IMG/VR virus record: IMGVR_UViG_3300037067_004901
Coordinates: 32,001 to 96,000 of that record
From: a virus
Lineage: Duplodnaviria; Caudoviricetes
Reading direction: 5' to 3' (one strand)
Length of the DNA stretch: 64,000 nucleotides
Positions 31,144 through 41,560 of this stretch are shown here, piece by piece; position 1 is the first letter of the stretch, and each line of letters begins with the position of its first letter. A model generated the notes under the pieces. It had not been told where the DNA came from. It did no database searches and saw only the letters and a program-made list of their open reading frames with translations. The position numbers and the translations under genes are program-made.

Positions 31144-32078
31144 TGAAAATTTTTATACCATATAGACCATCTCGCGGTGGTTTAGATAGTATTGGAAATA
31201 ATCCAATGCAACTAGATGATTATTCTTTTCAAGCAGATAATAATAACAATAGAAGACATCCTGATGATGATATACATAGATGTTTAAAATCTATAGCTAA
31301 AAATTCAAGATATAGACACGAAGCAGTGGTTTGCATTGATGAAGATTTACAAATATGCGATGATTGGCTTAAACATTTAAATATACAAGATAGACTTGAT
31401 ATTACTATCTTTCGATGTAAAAATAAAGGCATAACAGATGCACATAATAGATTACCAGAATCTTTAAAACAAGCAATATTATCGCTAGCTACAGATAAAG
31501 ATATTATTGCATATGATTTAATAGCAGATGCTATAGTTTGTAAAAACTGGGATGTACAGATTATAAATTGTGTGAAAGAATTTGGAGAAAAATATTATTA
31601 TGCATCAATGTTTGTTGAACCAAGAACAGAGCAATCTAGAGCATTAGTAAGTGATATATCAAGACAAGATGTAATTGAGGATATAAAGAAATGTTCTCCA
31701 CAAACTGTAAATAATATATGGAATTTATGGAGAAAATCTATTTGTTGTCATTCATTAACAATGATACCAAAATTAGATAGAAATTATGCTATTGAATCTG
31801 ATTTCGATGAATATATATCTATAGCAAACCAATTTGATAAAGAATATATAATAGAAAATGCAGGAGAAAGAACTTATGGATATTGGGCTCCATTAATATC
31901 TACGGGTAGAATATTCAAAGAATTATTACAAAAAATGGTGTGTATCTCTGGTTCTGATTTATGGTTAGATAATAATTTCCCAATGCAAAAAATGGTATTA
32001 TGTCGTTCTTATGTGTTTCATATGCACTATAAAACTATTTTAGATGATAAAAAAGTGGAGTATGTAAATGAAAATTGA
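31143..32078 (+). CDS. Probable GT-A glycosyltransferase-like protein
   Basis: IFIPYR, CLKSI, VVCID, degenerate DxD, VFH; cluster context. Confidence 0.5.
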   Translation: MKIFIPYRPSRGGLDSIGNNPMQLDDYSFQADNNNNRRHPDDDIHRCLKSIAKNSRYRHEAVVCIDEDLQICDDWLKHLNIQDRLDITIFRCKNKGITDAHNRLPESLKQAILSLATDKDIIAYDLIADAIVCKNWDVQIINCVKEFGEKYYYASMFVEPRTEQSRALVSDISRQDVIEDIKKCSPQTVNNIWNLWRKSICCHSLTMIPKLDRNYAIESDFDEYISIANQFDKEYIIENAGERTYGYWAPLISTGRIFKELLQKMVCISGSDLWLDNNFPMQKMVLCRSYVFHMHYKTILDDKKVEYVNEN

Positions 32079-33525
32079 TGTATTATTTATACATCCAGGT
32101 AATCATAAACAAACATATCAAGAATTATCTAAAAAATATACAGCGATAGCTCCGCCAGTATGGACATCATTGCTTGCTAATTATGTACGTAATAAAGGTT
32201 ATTCTGTTGCTATACACGACACCAATTTATACGGATTTGATATATATAGGGAAATGAAAAATTATTATGCGAAGTTAATTGTTTTAATGGTATATGGACA
32301 TCATCCTTCAGCTTCTACACAAACCATGCCGAGTGCATCTGTGATTATAAATAAAATAAAAGATTTTGACAAATCTATACCAATTGCTATTGGTGGTACA
32401 CATCCGTCTGCAATACCAAAAAGAACGTTATATGAAGAAAAGGCAGACTTTGTTATTGTCGGAGAGGGTGCATATCAAATTGTTAGTTTATTAGATTATT
32501 TAAATGGAAATATTAAATTAAACGATGTGCAGGGTGTAGTTTATCAAAATGATGTTTTTATATCAATTACTAATACACCATCTCCATTGATTAAAGATTT
32601 AGATAAAGAATTAAATGATTATGCATTTGATTTATTACCTAATTTAAATAAATATAGAGCACATGCACATCATGTATTTGGGTATAATAGTGCTTCCCCA
32701 TATGTTACATTAAATACATCATTAGGTTGTCCATATAATTGTGAATTCTGTTGTATAAATTCTGTTTTTAATAAACCAGGTATAAGATATTGGAATATTG
32801 ATACTGTGTTATCTTGGATAGATAAACTAGTAAAAAAATATCATATACAGCATATTAGATTCGATGATGAATTATTTGTGTTAGATAAAAAACGTTTAGA
32901 AGAATTTTGCGATAAATTAATACAAAGAAATTATAATTTAAATATATGGGTATATGCGCGCGTGGATACTATACCAGAAAAATTATTAAATAAGATGAGA
33001 AAAGCTGGTATTAATTGGATATGTCTTGGTATTGAATCTGCTAATAACATAGTTAGAACTAATGTTAAAAAAAATATTAATAAAGACATAGAACATATTG
33101 TTAAAAGTATAAAAGATAACGACATTAATATTATAGGAAATTATATGTTTGGTTTACCAGACGATACAATAGAAACCATGCAAGAAACATTAGACCTAGC
33201 AATAAAACTAAATTGTGAATATGCTAATTTTTATTGTACTATGGCATATCCCGGTTCTGCATTGTATAATAATTTTGGTGACAATCATTGTGTTATCCCA
33301 AAAACATGGGAAGCGTTTTCACAACATTCATATGAAACACAACCGTTACCTACTAAATATATTTCAGCTAAAGACGTATTACAATTTAGAGATAAAGCAT
33401 TTTATAATTATTTTTCAAACCCAAAATATTTAAATATGATACAAAAAAAATTTGGTGAAAAAGTTAAATTAGACATAGAAGATATGCTAAAAATAAAAAT
33501 AAAACGGAGATTATTAAATGATTGA
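32068..33525 (+). CDS. Cobalamin-binding radical SAM enzyme
   Basis: GGTHPS B12-binding domain, SLGCPYNCEFC, LGIES, MFGLP, YPGS. Confidence 0.92.
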   Translation: MKIDVLFIHPGNHKQTYQELSKKYTAIAPPVWTSLLANYVRNKGYSVAIHDTNLYGFDIYREMKNYYAKLIVLMVYGHHPSASTQTMPSASVIINKIKDFDKSIPIAIGGTHPSAIPKRTLYEEKADFVIVGEGAYQIVSLLDYLNGNIKLNDVQGVVYQNDVFISITNTPSPLIKDLDKELNDYAFDLLPNLNKYRAHAHHVFGYNSASPYVTLNTSLGCPYNCEFCCINSVFNKPGIRYWNIDTVLSWIDKLVKKYHIQHIRFDDELFVLDKKRLEEFCDKLIQRNYNLNIWVYARVDTIPEKLLNKMRKAGINWICLGIESANNIVRTNVKKNINKDIEHIVKSIKDNDINIIGNYMFGLPDDTIETMQETLDLAIKLNCEYANFYCTMAYPGSALYNNFGDNHCVIPKTWEAFSQHSYETQPLPTKYISAKDVLQFRDKAFYNYFSNPKYLNMIQKKFGEKVKLDIEDMLKIKIKRRLLND

Positions 33526-34342
33526 TATGACAGACTTATTACTAAAATCACATCAAATGCGGGAATTATTATATGAGGTATGTGTAAACGCTAAAACAGG
33601 GCATTTAACTTCTTCTTTATCGTGCACTGAAATACTAGTAGCTTTATATTATTCTGGAGTAATGAGACATGACCCAAAAAATCCAAAATGGGAAGGAAGA
33701 GATAGATTTATTTTGAGCAAAGGTCAGGCTAGTCCAATATTGTACGCTATTTTAGCAGATTTAGGATATTATAATAAAAAAGAATTAAAAAAATTTGCGC
33801 AACTTGATGGTATCTTTGGGGTACATTTACAAAAAAGTGTGCCCGGTGTAGAAATTACTGCTGGTTCTTTAGGACACGGATTTAATATTGCAACTGGAAT
33901 GGCGTTAGTTTCAAAAAAAGATAGAACTTACAATATGGTGTTTACTTTACTTGGAGATGGAGAATGTTATGAAGGTTCTATTTGGGAAGCCGCTATGTTC
34001 GCTGGTCATAATAATTTGAATAATTTAGTTGCAATTATGGACAGAAATTTTATGTGCGCTACTGACTTTACTGAAGAATGCTTATCATTAGAACCATTAG
34101 AGGATAAATTTAAATCATTTAATTGGGAAGTGCAGAGAATAAATGGTAATAATATTTGGGAAGTTGTTAATGCTTTAAAATATGTACGTTCAAGACGTTC
34201 TGTGAAACCCAAATTGATTATTGCTGATACTGTAAAAGGGTCAGGTATAAAAAGCACTTGTGATGAAACATTATGGCACTCCAGAACACCACTAAAGAAA
34301 GAAGATATTGATAAATGTAGGAAGGAGTTGAAAGATGAATAA
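33518..34342 (+). CDS. Transketolase-like, N-terminal TPP-binding subunit
   Basis: GHLTSSLS, DRFILSKG, GSLGHG, GDGE...N. Confidence 0.93.
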   Translation: MIDMTDLLLKSHQMRELLYEVCVNAKTGHLTSSLSCTEILVALYYSGVMRHDPKNPKWEGRDRFILSKGQASPILYAILADLGYYNKKELKKFAQLDGIFGVHLQKSVPGVEITAGSLGHGFNIATGMALVSKKDRTYNMVFTLLGDGECYEGSIWEAAMFAGHNNLNNLVAIMDRNFMCATDFTEECLSLEPLEDKFKSFNWEVQRINGNNIWEVVNALKYVRSRRSVKPKLIIADTVKGSGIKSTCDETLWHSRTPLKKEDIDKCRKELKDE

Positions 34343-35252
34343 TACACAGCAAAGAGATGCATTTTTTAATACACTTTATGAAATAGCAAAAAATGATAAA
34401 AATGTTTATTTAGTTAGTGCAGATATGTCTGCCCCATCTTTAGATAAATTTAGAAAAGACTTAGCACATCAGTATGTAAATGTAGGTATAGCTGAACAGA
34501 ATGCAATTAGCATAGCTTCTGGAATGGCACTCGAAGGTAAGAAAGTGTTTGTATATGGTATAGCATCTTTCATATCTACTAGATGTTTAGAACAAATAAG
34601 AATTAGTTGTGGTCTTATGAAAATACCATTAACAATAGTTGCTATAGGGTCTGGTTTTAGTTATGAAGAATCTGGACCAACACATCATATTTTTGAAGAT
34701 ATATCATTAATACGTGCTATACCAAATGTTATAATAAATAATTGCACAGATTCAATTATGGCGTCTCAATTAGCATATTCATCGTATGGTTGTAATGTTG
34801 CTAATTATGTTAGATTAGATAGAAAAAAAACAGATAATATATATTATACAAACTCTGTATATTATAGTGGATATAATGTACTTCAAGATGGGAAAAGATA
34901 TATCTTATCTACAGGTATTATGACACATACCGCACTAAAGATAGCACATACCATGCAGGATGTTGGGGTGATAGATGTACATACATTCCCATTTAGTTAT
35001 GCACTATATGATGTTTTAAAACATTGTGATAAGATAATAACAATGGAAGAACATATATTAAATGGTGGGATGGGAAGTGCTGTGCTTGAATTTTTAAGCG
35101 ATTGTAACAGTAATATACCAGTTTTAAGAATAGGTATAAAAAATGCAGATGGATATTGTTATAAATACGGTGGTAGAGAGAGCGTAATATGGAAATATTA
35201 TGGAATAGATGAAGCAACATCAACCAATAAAATTAAGGAGTTTTTATCTTGA
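34335..35252 (+). CDS. Transketolase-like, C-terminal subunit
   Basis: NVGIAEQN, GPTHH, EEH...GGMGS. Confidence 0.93.
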   Translation: MNNTQQRDAFFNTLYEIAKNDKNVYLVSADMSAPSLDKFRKDLAHQYVNVGIAEQNAISIASGMALEGKKVFVYGIASFISTRCLEQIRISCGLMKIPLTIVAIGSGFSYEESGPTHHIFEDISLIRAIPNVIINNCTDSIMASQLAYSSYGCNVANYVRLDRKKTDNIYYTNSVYYSGYNVLQDGKRYILSTGIMTHTALKIAHTMQDVGVIDVHTFPFSYALYDVLKHCDKIITMEEHILNGGMGSAVLEFLSDCNSNIPVLRIGIKNADGYCYKYGGRESVIWKYYGIDEATSTNKIKEFLS

Positions 35253-35776
35253 GAAGTTCATTTGAATATGTAATAGAACACATACATCCCAAAATAGTGG
35301 CTGAAATAGGTGTAGCATCTGGAGACAATGCATTTGATATGTTATTTAATTATCCTTTAGAATACATGTTACTTGTAGATAGTTATATACCATATCGTGA
35401 TAATGCAAATCATGGTATAATAAATTTAGAACAACAAAATAATAATTTTATGAATGTGTTAAGTAAGTTTATACCAAGACAACTTTTTGGAAAAGTAATT
35501 TTTTCATGTATGCCATCAGAAAAAATAGTGAAATATTATCCAGATAATTTTTTTGATTATGTATATATCGATGCTAATCATGAATATGAAAATGTAAAAC
35601 CAGATATAGAACTGTGGTTTCCAAAAGTAAAAAACAAGTGTTTTTTAGCTGGACATGATTATGAAGGATATTATCCAGATGTAACAAGAGCAGTTAATGA
35701 ATTTAAAGACAATCATAAAGATACTATAGAATTTATTAAATGTTCTGAATATGATTGGTTGTTTTATAAAAAATAA
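35249..35776 (+). CDS. SAM-dependent methyltransferase (Methyltransf_24-like)
   Basis: EIGVASG, DYVYIDANHEYE, AGHDY. Confidence 0.85.
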   Translation: MRSSFEYVIEHIHPKIVAEIGVASGDNAFDMLFNYPLEYMLLVDSYIPYRDNANHGIINLEQQNNNFMNVLSKFIPRQLFGKVIFSCMPSEKIVKYYPDNFFDYVYIDANHEYENVKPDIELWFPKVKNKCFLAGHDYEGYYPDVTRAVNEFKDNHKDTIEFIKCSEYDWLFYKK

Positions 35777-35791
35777 ACAATAGGATAAAAA

Positions 35792-36505
35792 ATGCCTTGT
35801 TGGTTAGATAAATGCGCTGTTGAACAAACATTAAAATTAAGAGACGAATTCGATATAAATGTTTTTGTAGAAACTGGTACATTTAAAGGTTGTGGTGCAG
35901 AATTATATTCAAATTATTTTGGATATGTTGTGACATGTGATATTAATGAAGACTATTGCAATATTGCACGGGAACGTTTAAAAAATAAAAATAATGTCAG
36001 TATTGTACATGATAATAGTTTTAATGTTATATCTAGAATAGTAAATGCACATAAAGAAGATGATTTTAAAGAACATATATTTTTATTTTTAGATGCTCAT
36101 ATCTATAATAAAGATGCTAAAACAGATGATGAGAAGTGGGTAATTATAAAAGAATTGCAAGCATTAAAAGATTTTAAATATTCCATAATAGCAATACATG
36201 ATTTTGATTGTAGTAATCTTGGTCATATTAAATATAATGGAGAATCATTTAATTGGAGCGTAGTTGGAAAATATTTACAAGAAGTAAATCCAGACTTCAG
36301 TTATTATTGTAATACAAAAGAATTTTGTGACCCAAGAAATTATGATAGAGTTAAAGAAATACCAGTAACTATGAATGAGGATACAATAGATATGATTCAA
36401 CATGCTAATAGCGCAGATGAGAAGAAATATCGTGGTATATTATATGCTATACCTAAAGAACTTGACTTATCTAAATATAAATTGGTAAAATTTCAACATG
36501 TTTAA
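35792..36505 (+). CDS. Methyltransferase-fold protein
   Basis: FVETGTFKG, FLDAH, IHD. Confidence 0.65.
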   Translation: MPCWLDKCAVEQTLKLRDEFDINVFVETGTFKGCGAELYSNYFGYVVTCDINEDYCNIARERLKNKNNVSIVHDNSFNVISRIVNAHKEDDFKEHIFLFLDAHIYNKDAKTDDEKWVIIKELQALKDFKYSIIAIHDFDCSNLGHIKYNGESFNWSVVGKYLQEVNPDFSYYCNTKEFCDPRNYDRVKEIPVTMNEDTIDMIQHANSADEKKYRGILYAIPKELDLSKYKLVKFQHV

Positions 36506-37816
36506 AACAGCTATAATTATACCAACATTACACTTTTGGAGAAATCCAAATAAACAACAACCGATTAATGAGTTATATTTTGCTACAGTATTAGATGAAA
36601 GATGCGATACTGCAATTGATATTATCGACTTACGAGAATTGAGAAAAGAAGATTGTCAATATACACTTGATAATGTAGCAGATTTTATTGAAGAACGTGA
36701 TTTATATATTCACTGGATAGATAGAACCGCGAACTTTGCTGAAATTATTAATGTAACGAAACAGTTACGTGTAAAATATCCAAATTCAAAACATGTTGCT
36801 GGCGGGTTTCATGTTGCAAACTTACAAAAAGAATGTCTAGAAATATTTGATTCTATTGTTATTGGTCCAGGCGAAGAATCTTTTATACGAATAGTTAATG
36901 ATTGTATAAACAATAATTTAAAAAACATTTATAAAGATGATTGGAAAGATGTTCCATTTTATCAATATCCTTTTCCAAGAAGACACTATTTACGTAAAGA
37001 ACTTATATTAGATAAAGAATTATTTCAAGATTATAATGTTAATGAAGGGACGTGTGCAATCTTCTCGCGAGGTTGCCCATATACATGCGCATACTGCTGT
37101 TATAATTATCCTAATATGGCATGTCAATTAAGACGTATAGAATCTATAGAACAAGAAATAAAATATCTTAAAAAAGAATATCATGTTAAGGGTATCACAC
37201 TACGAGATGAATTATGTATACCAGTACAGACAAATAGTGCAATAGCGCAACTAGAAGCTATTGACGTAATAATATCATATGGCGTGGTCAGGGTCGTGTA
37301 TGTGTAAGCAAAGATTTACTTTTTATAGCTAAACAAAGTGGGCTAGTTGAAATATCAATAGGTGTTGAAAGCGTATCACAAAAAGTTTTAGATATCGTTA
37401 ATAAACGTCAAACAATAGTAGAAGTTAAGGAATTTATAGAACTATGCAAGAAATTAAACATTAAAGTAAAAGTTGGATTAATATTTGGACTACCCGGAGA
37501 AGAAAAAGATATAGTTAAACAAACATGTAATTTCATTAAAGAAACTCAACCAGAATATGTAAATATATCTGGATTTTGTCCTTATCCAGGTTCACCAATA
37601 TATCAAAATGCAGAGTATTATGGTATTGATTATATCGATAAAAATTGGAATAATTATGGACATTTAATATCTAATTATGATGATACAAATGATGATTTTG
37701 GTTTACCATTTAGATATAAAAAAACAACACGATTTGGAGATTCTTTTACTAGAGAAGAAATATTAAATAATATTATTACATTTAAAGAATTTTTAAAGGA
37801 ACAAAAAAATGATTAA
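36498..37816 (+). pseudogene. Second cobalamin-binding radical SAM gene, frameshifted at ~37263
   Basis: SRGCPYTCAYC in frame 1; the -1 frame from 37265 gives RNNIIWRGQGRV...IGVES...IFGLPGE...PYPGS to TAA 37814-37816. Confidence 0.8.
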
Positions 37817-38354
37817 AAAAATAGAAGACACAAAATTGCCAGAAGTTGTTTTAATAAAAAAAGATTATTTTGAAGATTTTCGTGGTAAATATATAGAAAT
37901 ATACAATGGGTTAGAGTTTAACAACATTTTTGCAGATAAGTGTATTGATTTTGTAGAAGATGATATATCTATTACAGAACATCATTGTTTAAAAGGAATA
38001 CATTGTGATACAGAAGCTTGGAAGTTAATATCTTGTTTATATGGTAAATTCTATTTAGTAATTTTAAATCTAGATAAGAACTCGAAATATTATGGTAAGT
38101 GGGAATCATTTACATTGTCAGATTCTACGTTTAAACAAGTGCTAGTTCCACCGATGCATGGGGTTGGACATTTATGTTTAAGCGACAAAAGCATATTTCA
38201 CTATAAACAAAGTAAACAATATAATATAGCTAGACAATCAACTATTGTATATAATGATAAACGATTTAATATATTTTGGCCAATAAATAATCCGATAGTA
38301 TCGTTGCGCGATAAAACAGGTGACAAATCTTTTGTGATAAAAAATGATAATTAA
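37809..38354 (+). CDS. rmlC: dTDP-4-dehydrorhamnose 3,5-epimerase family
   Basis: DFRG, LKGIH, KLISC..G, VPP..GVGH, I.WP...SLRD. Confidence 0.85.
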   Translation: MIKKIEDTKLPEVVLIKKDYFEDFRGKYIEIYNGLEFNNIFADKCIDFVEDDISITEHHCLKGIHCDTEAWKLISCLYGKFYLVILNLDKNSKYYGKWESFTLSDSTFKQVLVPPMHGVGHLCLSDKSIFHYKQSKQYNIARQSTIVYNDKRFNIFWPINNPIVSLRDKTGDKSFVIKNDN

Positions 38355-39336
38355 TAGAACTCCATTCAGAATAAGTTTTTTTGGAGGTGGTACGGATTAT
38401 CAATCATGGTGTGATGATAATGTTGGCGCAGTATTAAATACTACTATAAATAAATATTGTTATATTATGACGCGTTATTTACCACCATTCTTAAAATATA
38501 AATATAATATTCGATACAGGAAAACAGAGAGAAAAAATAAATTAAATAATATTCTACATCCTACAGTTAGAGAATGTATTAAATATATGCACATAAATGA
38601 TGGTATTGAAATGGTACATACAGCAGATTTGCCAGCAGGTTCTGGTATAGGTTCTAGTTCATCATTTACTGTTGGTTTTTTGCAATCACTTAATGCATTA
38701 CAAGGTAAGATGATTACAAAACGTAATTTAGCTAAAGATGCGATTCACATTGAACAAGACTTGATTAACGAAAATATTGGTTCGCAGGACCAAGTTGCGG
38801 CATCTTTTGGTGGTTTTAATAAAGTTATATTTAGTAAAAATGATTTTGTGGTAGAAAAAATAATATTAAATGATAATACATTACAAAAATTACAAGATAA
38901 TTTATTAATGGTGTTTACTGGATATACAAGAACTTCTTCTGAAATAGCGGGTAAATATATTAATACATTACAAAAAAAGAAAAACAAAGAATTAAAGATT
39001 ATGTATCATATGGTAGACATATCAATTGATATGTTAAAAAATAACAATATTGATGATTTTGGAAAATTATTAAATGAGAGTTGGTGTTTAAAGAAAAGTT
39101 TCTCTGATGTTATTTCTAATAAAAATATTGATGATATGTATGCATGTGCTAGACATAATGGTGCTTTAGGTGGTAAATTATGTGGTTCTGGCGGGGGTGG
39201 GTTTTTTATATTATATGTTCCACAAGAAAAACAATATGCGGTAAAAAAAGCACTTAAAAAAATGTTATTTGTTCCAATAAAATTTGAAAATTTAGGTAGT
39301 CAAATAATAATGTATAATATACAGGATTTTCATTAA
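38344..39336 (+). CDS. hddA: GHMP kinase, heptose-7-phosphate kinase-like
   Basis: RTPFRISFFGGGTD, PAGSGIGSSS, GSQDQ, GGKLCGSGGGG. Confidence 0.85.
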   Translation: MIINRTPFRISFFGGGTDYQSWCDDNVGAVLNTTINKYCYIMTRYLPPFLKYKYNIRYRKTERKNKLNNILHPTVRECIKYMHINDGIEMVHTADLPAGSGIGSSSSFTVGFLQSLNALQGKMITKRNLAKDAIHIEQDLINENIGSQDQVAASFGGFNKVIFSKNDFVVEKIILNDNTLQKLQDNLLMVFTGYTRTSSEIAGKYINTLQKKKNKELKIMYHMVDISIDMLKNNNIDDFGKLLNESWCLKKSFSDVISNKNIDDMYACARHNGALGGKLCGSGGGGFFILYVPQEKQYAVKKALKKMLFVPIKFENLGSQIIMYNIQDFH

Positions 39337-40304
39337 TGATATATAAAAACATTGGAAGTGACAAAATATCTGCAATAGGGTATGGAAGTTATGGTATTTA
39401 TAACAAAAAACATATAGATTCTATAAAATACGCACTAGATTGTGGCATTAATTTTATTGATACAGCAGAAAGTTATAATAATGGTGATTCAGAAATAATG
39501 ATAGGTCGTGCTATCAAAGATGTGCGTAAAAAAGTTTTTTTAGCGACTAAAGTTTCTGCTGAAAATTTAAGTTATAATGATGTATTGAATTCGTGTTATT
39601 TAAGTTTAATGCGCTTGAATACAAATTATATAGACTTGTATCAAATACATTGGCCAAATTCTAATATACCATTACTATCTACTTTAGAAGCTATGCGAAC
39701 ATTATTAAAAAGTGGTCATATACGTTATGTCGGGGTTAGTAATTTTACATATAAACAGTTAGAAAAAGCTTATGAATTTTTAGGTAATTCATTAGTGTCT
39801 ATACAGAATGAATATAATCCAATAGAGCGTACTGTAGAAGATGAAATTTTACCATTTTGTGAAAAAAATGGTATCATATTAATTTCATATAGTCCATATA
39901 AATTTTCAAGTTATATTGATTTAAAAAATTCTACATTTATATTATCTTGGATTATAAGTCACAGTAATGTTGTAACGCTTGTTAAATCATTAAATAAAAA
40001 ACATATTAAAATGAATTGTAATGAATTAGAATACATAGAATATGACGGTGACGATTTTATAAACGCAAAGAAATGTATATATCTTCCAATTAAATATATT
40101 TATAATGTAAATAAAGAATGTGATTACATACCAACTCCGTTAGATTTATCTAAAGATATAATTAACTATGGTATTTTAAAACCAATAAAAGTTAAAGAAA
40201 TACATAAAAATCGATATGAAATTTTAGAAGGAAAATTGAGATTTTTAGCATGGTGCATTGCTAATCCCAATAAAGATATACCAGTAATAATTTTAAATCG
40301 TTAG
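39336..40304 (+). CDS. Aldo/keto reductase with C-terminal ParB/Srx-like domain
   Basis: FIDTAESY, ATKV, DLYQIHWP, GVSNF; C-terminal GILKPIKV...YEILEGKLRF. Confidence 0.8.
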   Translation: MIYKNIGSDKISAIGYGSYGIYNKKHIDSIKYALDCGINFIDTAESYNNGDSEIMIGRAIKDVRKKVFLATKVSAENLSYNDVLNSCYLSLMRLNTNYIDLYQIHWPNSNIPLLSTLEAMRTLLKSGHIRYVGVSNFTYKQLEKAYEFLGNSLVSIQNEYNPIERTVEDEILPFCEKNGIILISYSPYKFSSYIDLKNSTFILSWIISHSNVVTLVKSLNKKHIKMNCNELEYIEYDGDDFINAKKCIYLPIKYIYNVNKECDYIPTPLDLSKDIINYGILKPIKVKEIHKNRYEILEGKLRFLAWCIANPNKDIPVIILNR

Positions 40305-41237
40305 TTCCCCAAAAATCTAGCGAGAGACGTTGATAAAAATAAAATAACGCGCTTGGCAACGTCGGCGTAAGGAGGTAGTAAATATGTATAAAAATGGGTT
40401 CGTGGTTGCAGTAAAAATCAATGATAAGAGTGTTGAAGAAAAAGACAATAAGGTTATATTGCCTTTTGACTCTGAATATACTCTTATGTTGAAGAATAAA
40501 AACGATAGAAAGGCTGTCGCACGCGTCTTCATAGATGATGAAGAAGCAACGGAAAAAGGTAGACTTATTATAGATGCTAATGGAGTTGTAAATCTAGAAC
40601 GTTTTATAGATGATATTAATAAAGGTAAACGTTTTAAGTTTGTACCTATTTCTAATAATGCAGTAAAAGATAAAGGTAGTTCAGAGAAAGGTTTTATAGA
40701 AGTTCATTTTCAACTTGTAAAACCTGTTGTAAATAACGTGGTTATACATGAACATCATTATCGTAGATATCGTCCATTTGATTTCTATTATAGTGATGGT
40801 CCGTTTTATGTAGATTATGATTTTCCAGTTTTTGGAAGTAGCAAGTTTTTATGTTCAAATTCTGGTGGTGGCACGGGAATGTCTATGTCTGCTGGTAGTA
40901 AGAATTTTACATTAAATTCTTACGAAACAAGCGAATTAAAAACTACTAATGAAGCATTTATACAAGATAATCATTTAGTAGAAGAACGCGGTGCGACAAT
41001 TAAGGGTAGCAATTCTAGTCAAAAATTTTGCTATTCATATGTAGGTGAACTTGAAGCACAAGAAACTATTATACGTTTTCAATTAGTTGGAACGCGAGAT
41101 TCGAAAATTGCAGACCAGTATTTGAAGACACATTGTACTCAATGTGGAAAAGCATATGATATTAATGATGTTTATTGTGCTAAATGTGGAACGAAAAAAT
41201 AAATAACTATCGATAGATTCTTGGGGAACTAATGATT
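40296..41237. repeat. 31-bp imperfect inverted repeat flanking ORF 40384-41202
   Basis: 40296-40326 AATCGTTAGTTCCCCAAAAATCTAGCGAGAG versus 41207-41237 CTATCGATAGATTCTTGGGGAACTAATGATT. Confidence 0.8.
40384..41202 (+). CDS. Hypothetical beta-rich protein with C-terminal zinc ribbon
   Basis: AAGGAGG SD; CTQCG...CAKCG. Confidence 0.75.
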   Translation: MYKNGFVVAVKINDKSVEEKDNKVILPFDSEYTLMLKNKNDRKAVARVFIDDEEATEKGRLIIDANGVVNLERFIDDINKGKRFKFVPISNNAVKDKGSSEKGFIEVHFQLVKPVVNNVVIHEHHYRRYRPFDFYYSDGPFYVDYDFPVFGSSKFLCSNSGGGTGMSMSAGSKNFTLNSYETSELKTTNEAFIQDNHLVEERGATIKGSNSSQKFCYSYVGELEAQETIIRFQLVGTRDSKIADQYLKTHCTQCGKAYDINDVYCAKCGTKK

Positions 41238-41436
41238 AAAATAATACAGTATAAAGTCGGAATAAGTCCTAAATTAATGATACAAAAAATTGTTGATATG
41301 ATGAATATCGATAATGGACAAATAGTTATAAAGGTACAAAACAAAAAATTTGTTCATATTTCGTTACAACCTTCATTTAAACCCGACGAGATTGATGCTA
41401 CAGAAATAAATAATGAATAAAATATATAAAAAATAC

Positions 41437-41465
41437 TTGACAAAACCGTATTTATGTGATATACT
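41437..41465 (+). promoter_or_regulatory. Consensus promoter heading the virion-structure operon
   Basis: TTGACA-17 nt-TATACT with extended -10 TG. Confidence 0.8.
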
Positions 41466-41507
41466 TATAGTGTATTATAGAGATATTATAAACAGATAGT
41501 GGCGGTG

Positions 41508-41547
41508 AAGGCCGAGCTATGTCTTATGACATATTAGGCCTTTTTTT
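41508..41547 (+). terminator. Leader terminator/attenuator
   Basis: AAGGCC..TATGTC-TTAT-GACATA..GGCC followed by T7, before the SD (GGAGG) and ATG 41561. Confidence 0.6.
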
Positions 41548-41560
41548 ATGGAGGAATTTT

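Noticed and set aside
28675-40304. Host chromosomal O-antigen locus or prophage boundary
   Set aside because: Flanked by terminase and portal genes, same strand, tight overlaps and similar composition; no integrase or att site seen
40296-41237. IS element
   Set aside because: The enclosed protein has no recognisable transposase motif and I see no target-site duplication; kept only as an unexplained IR
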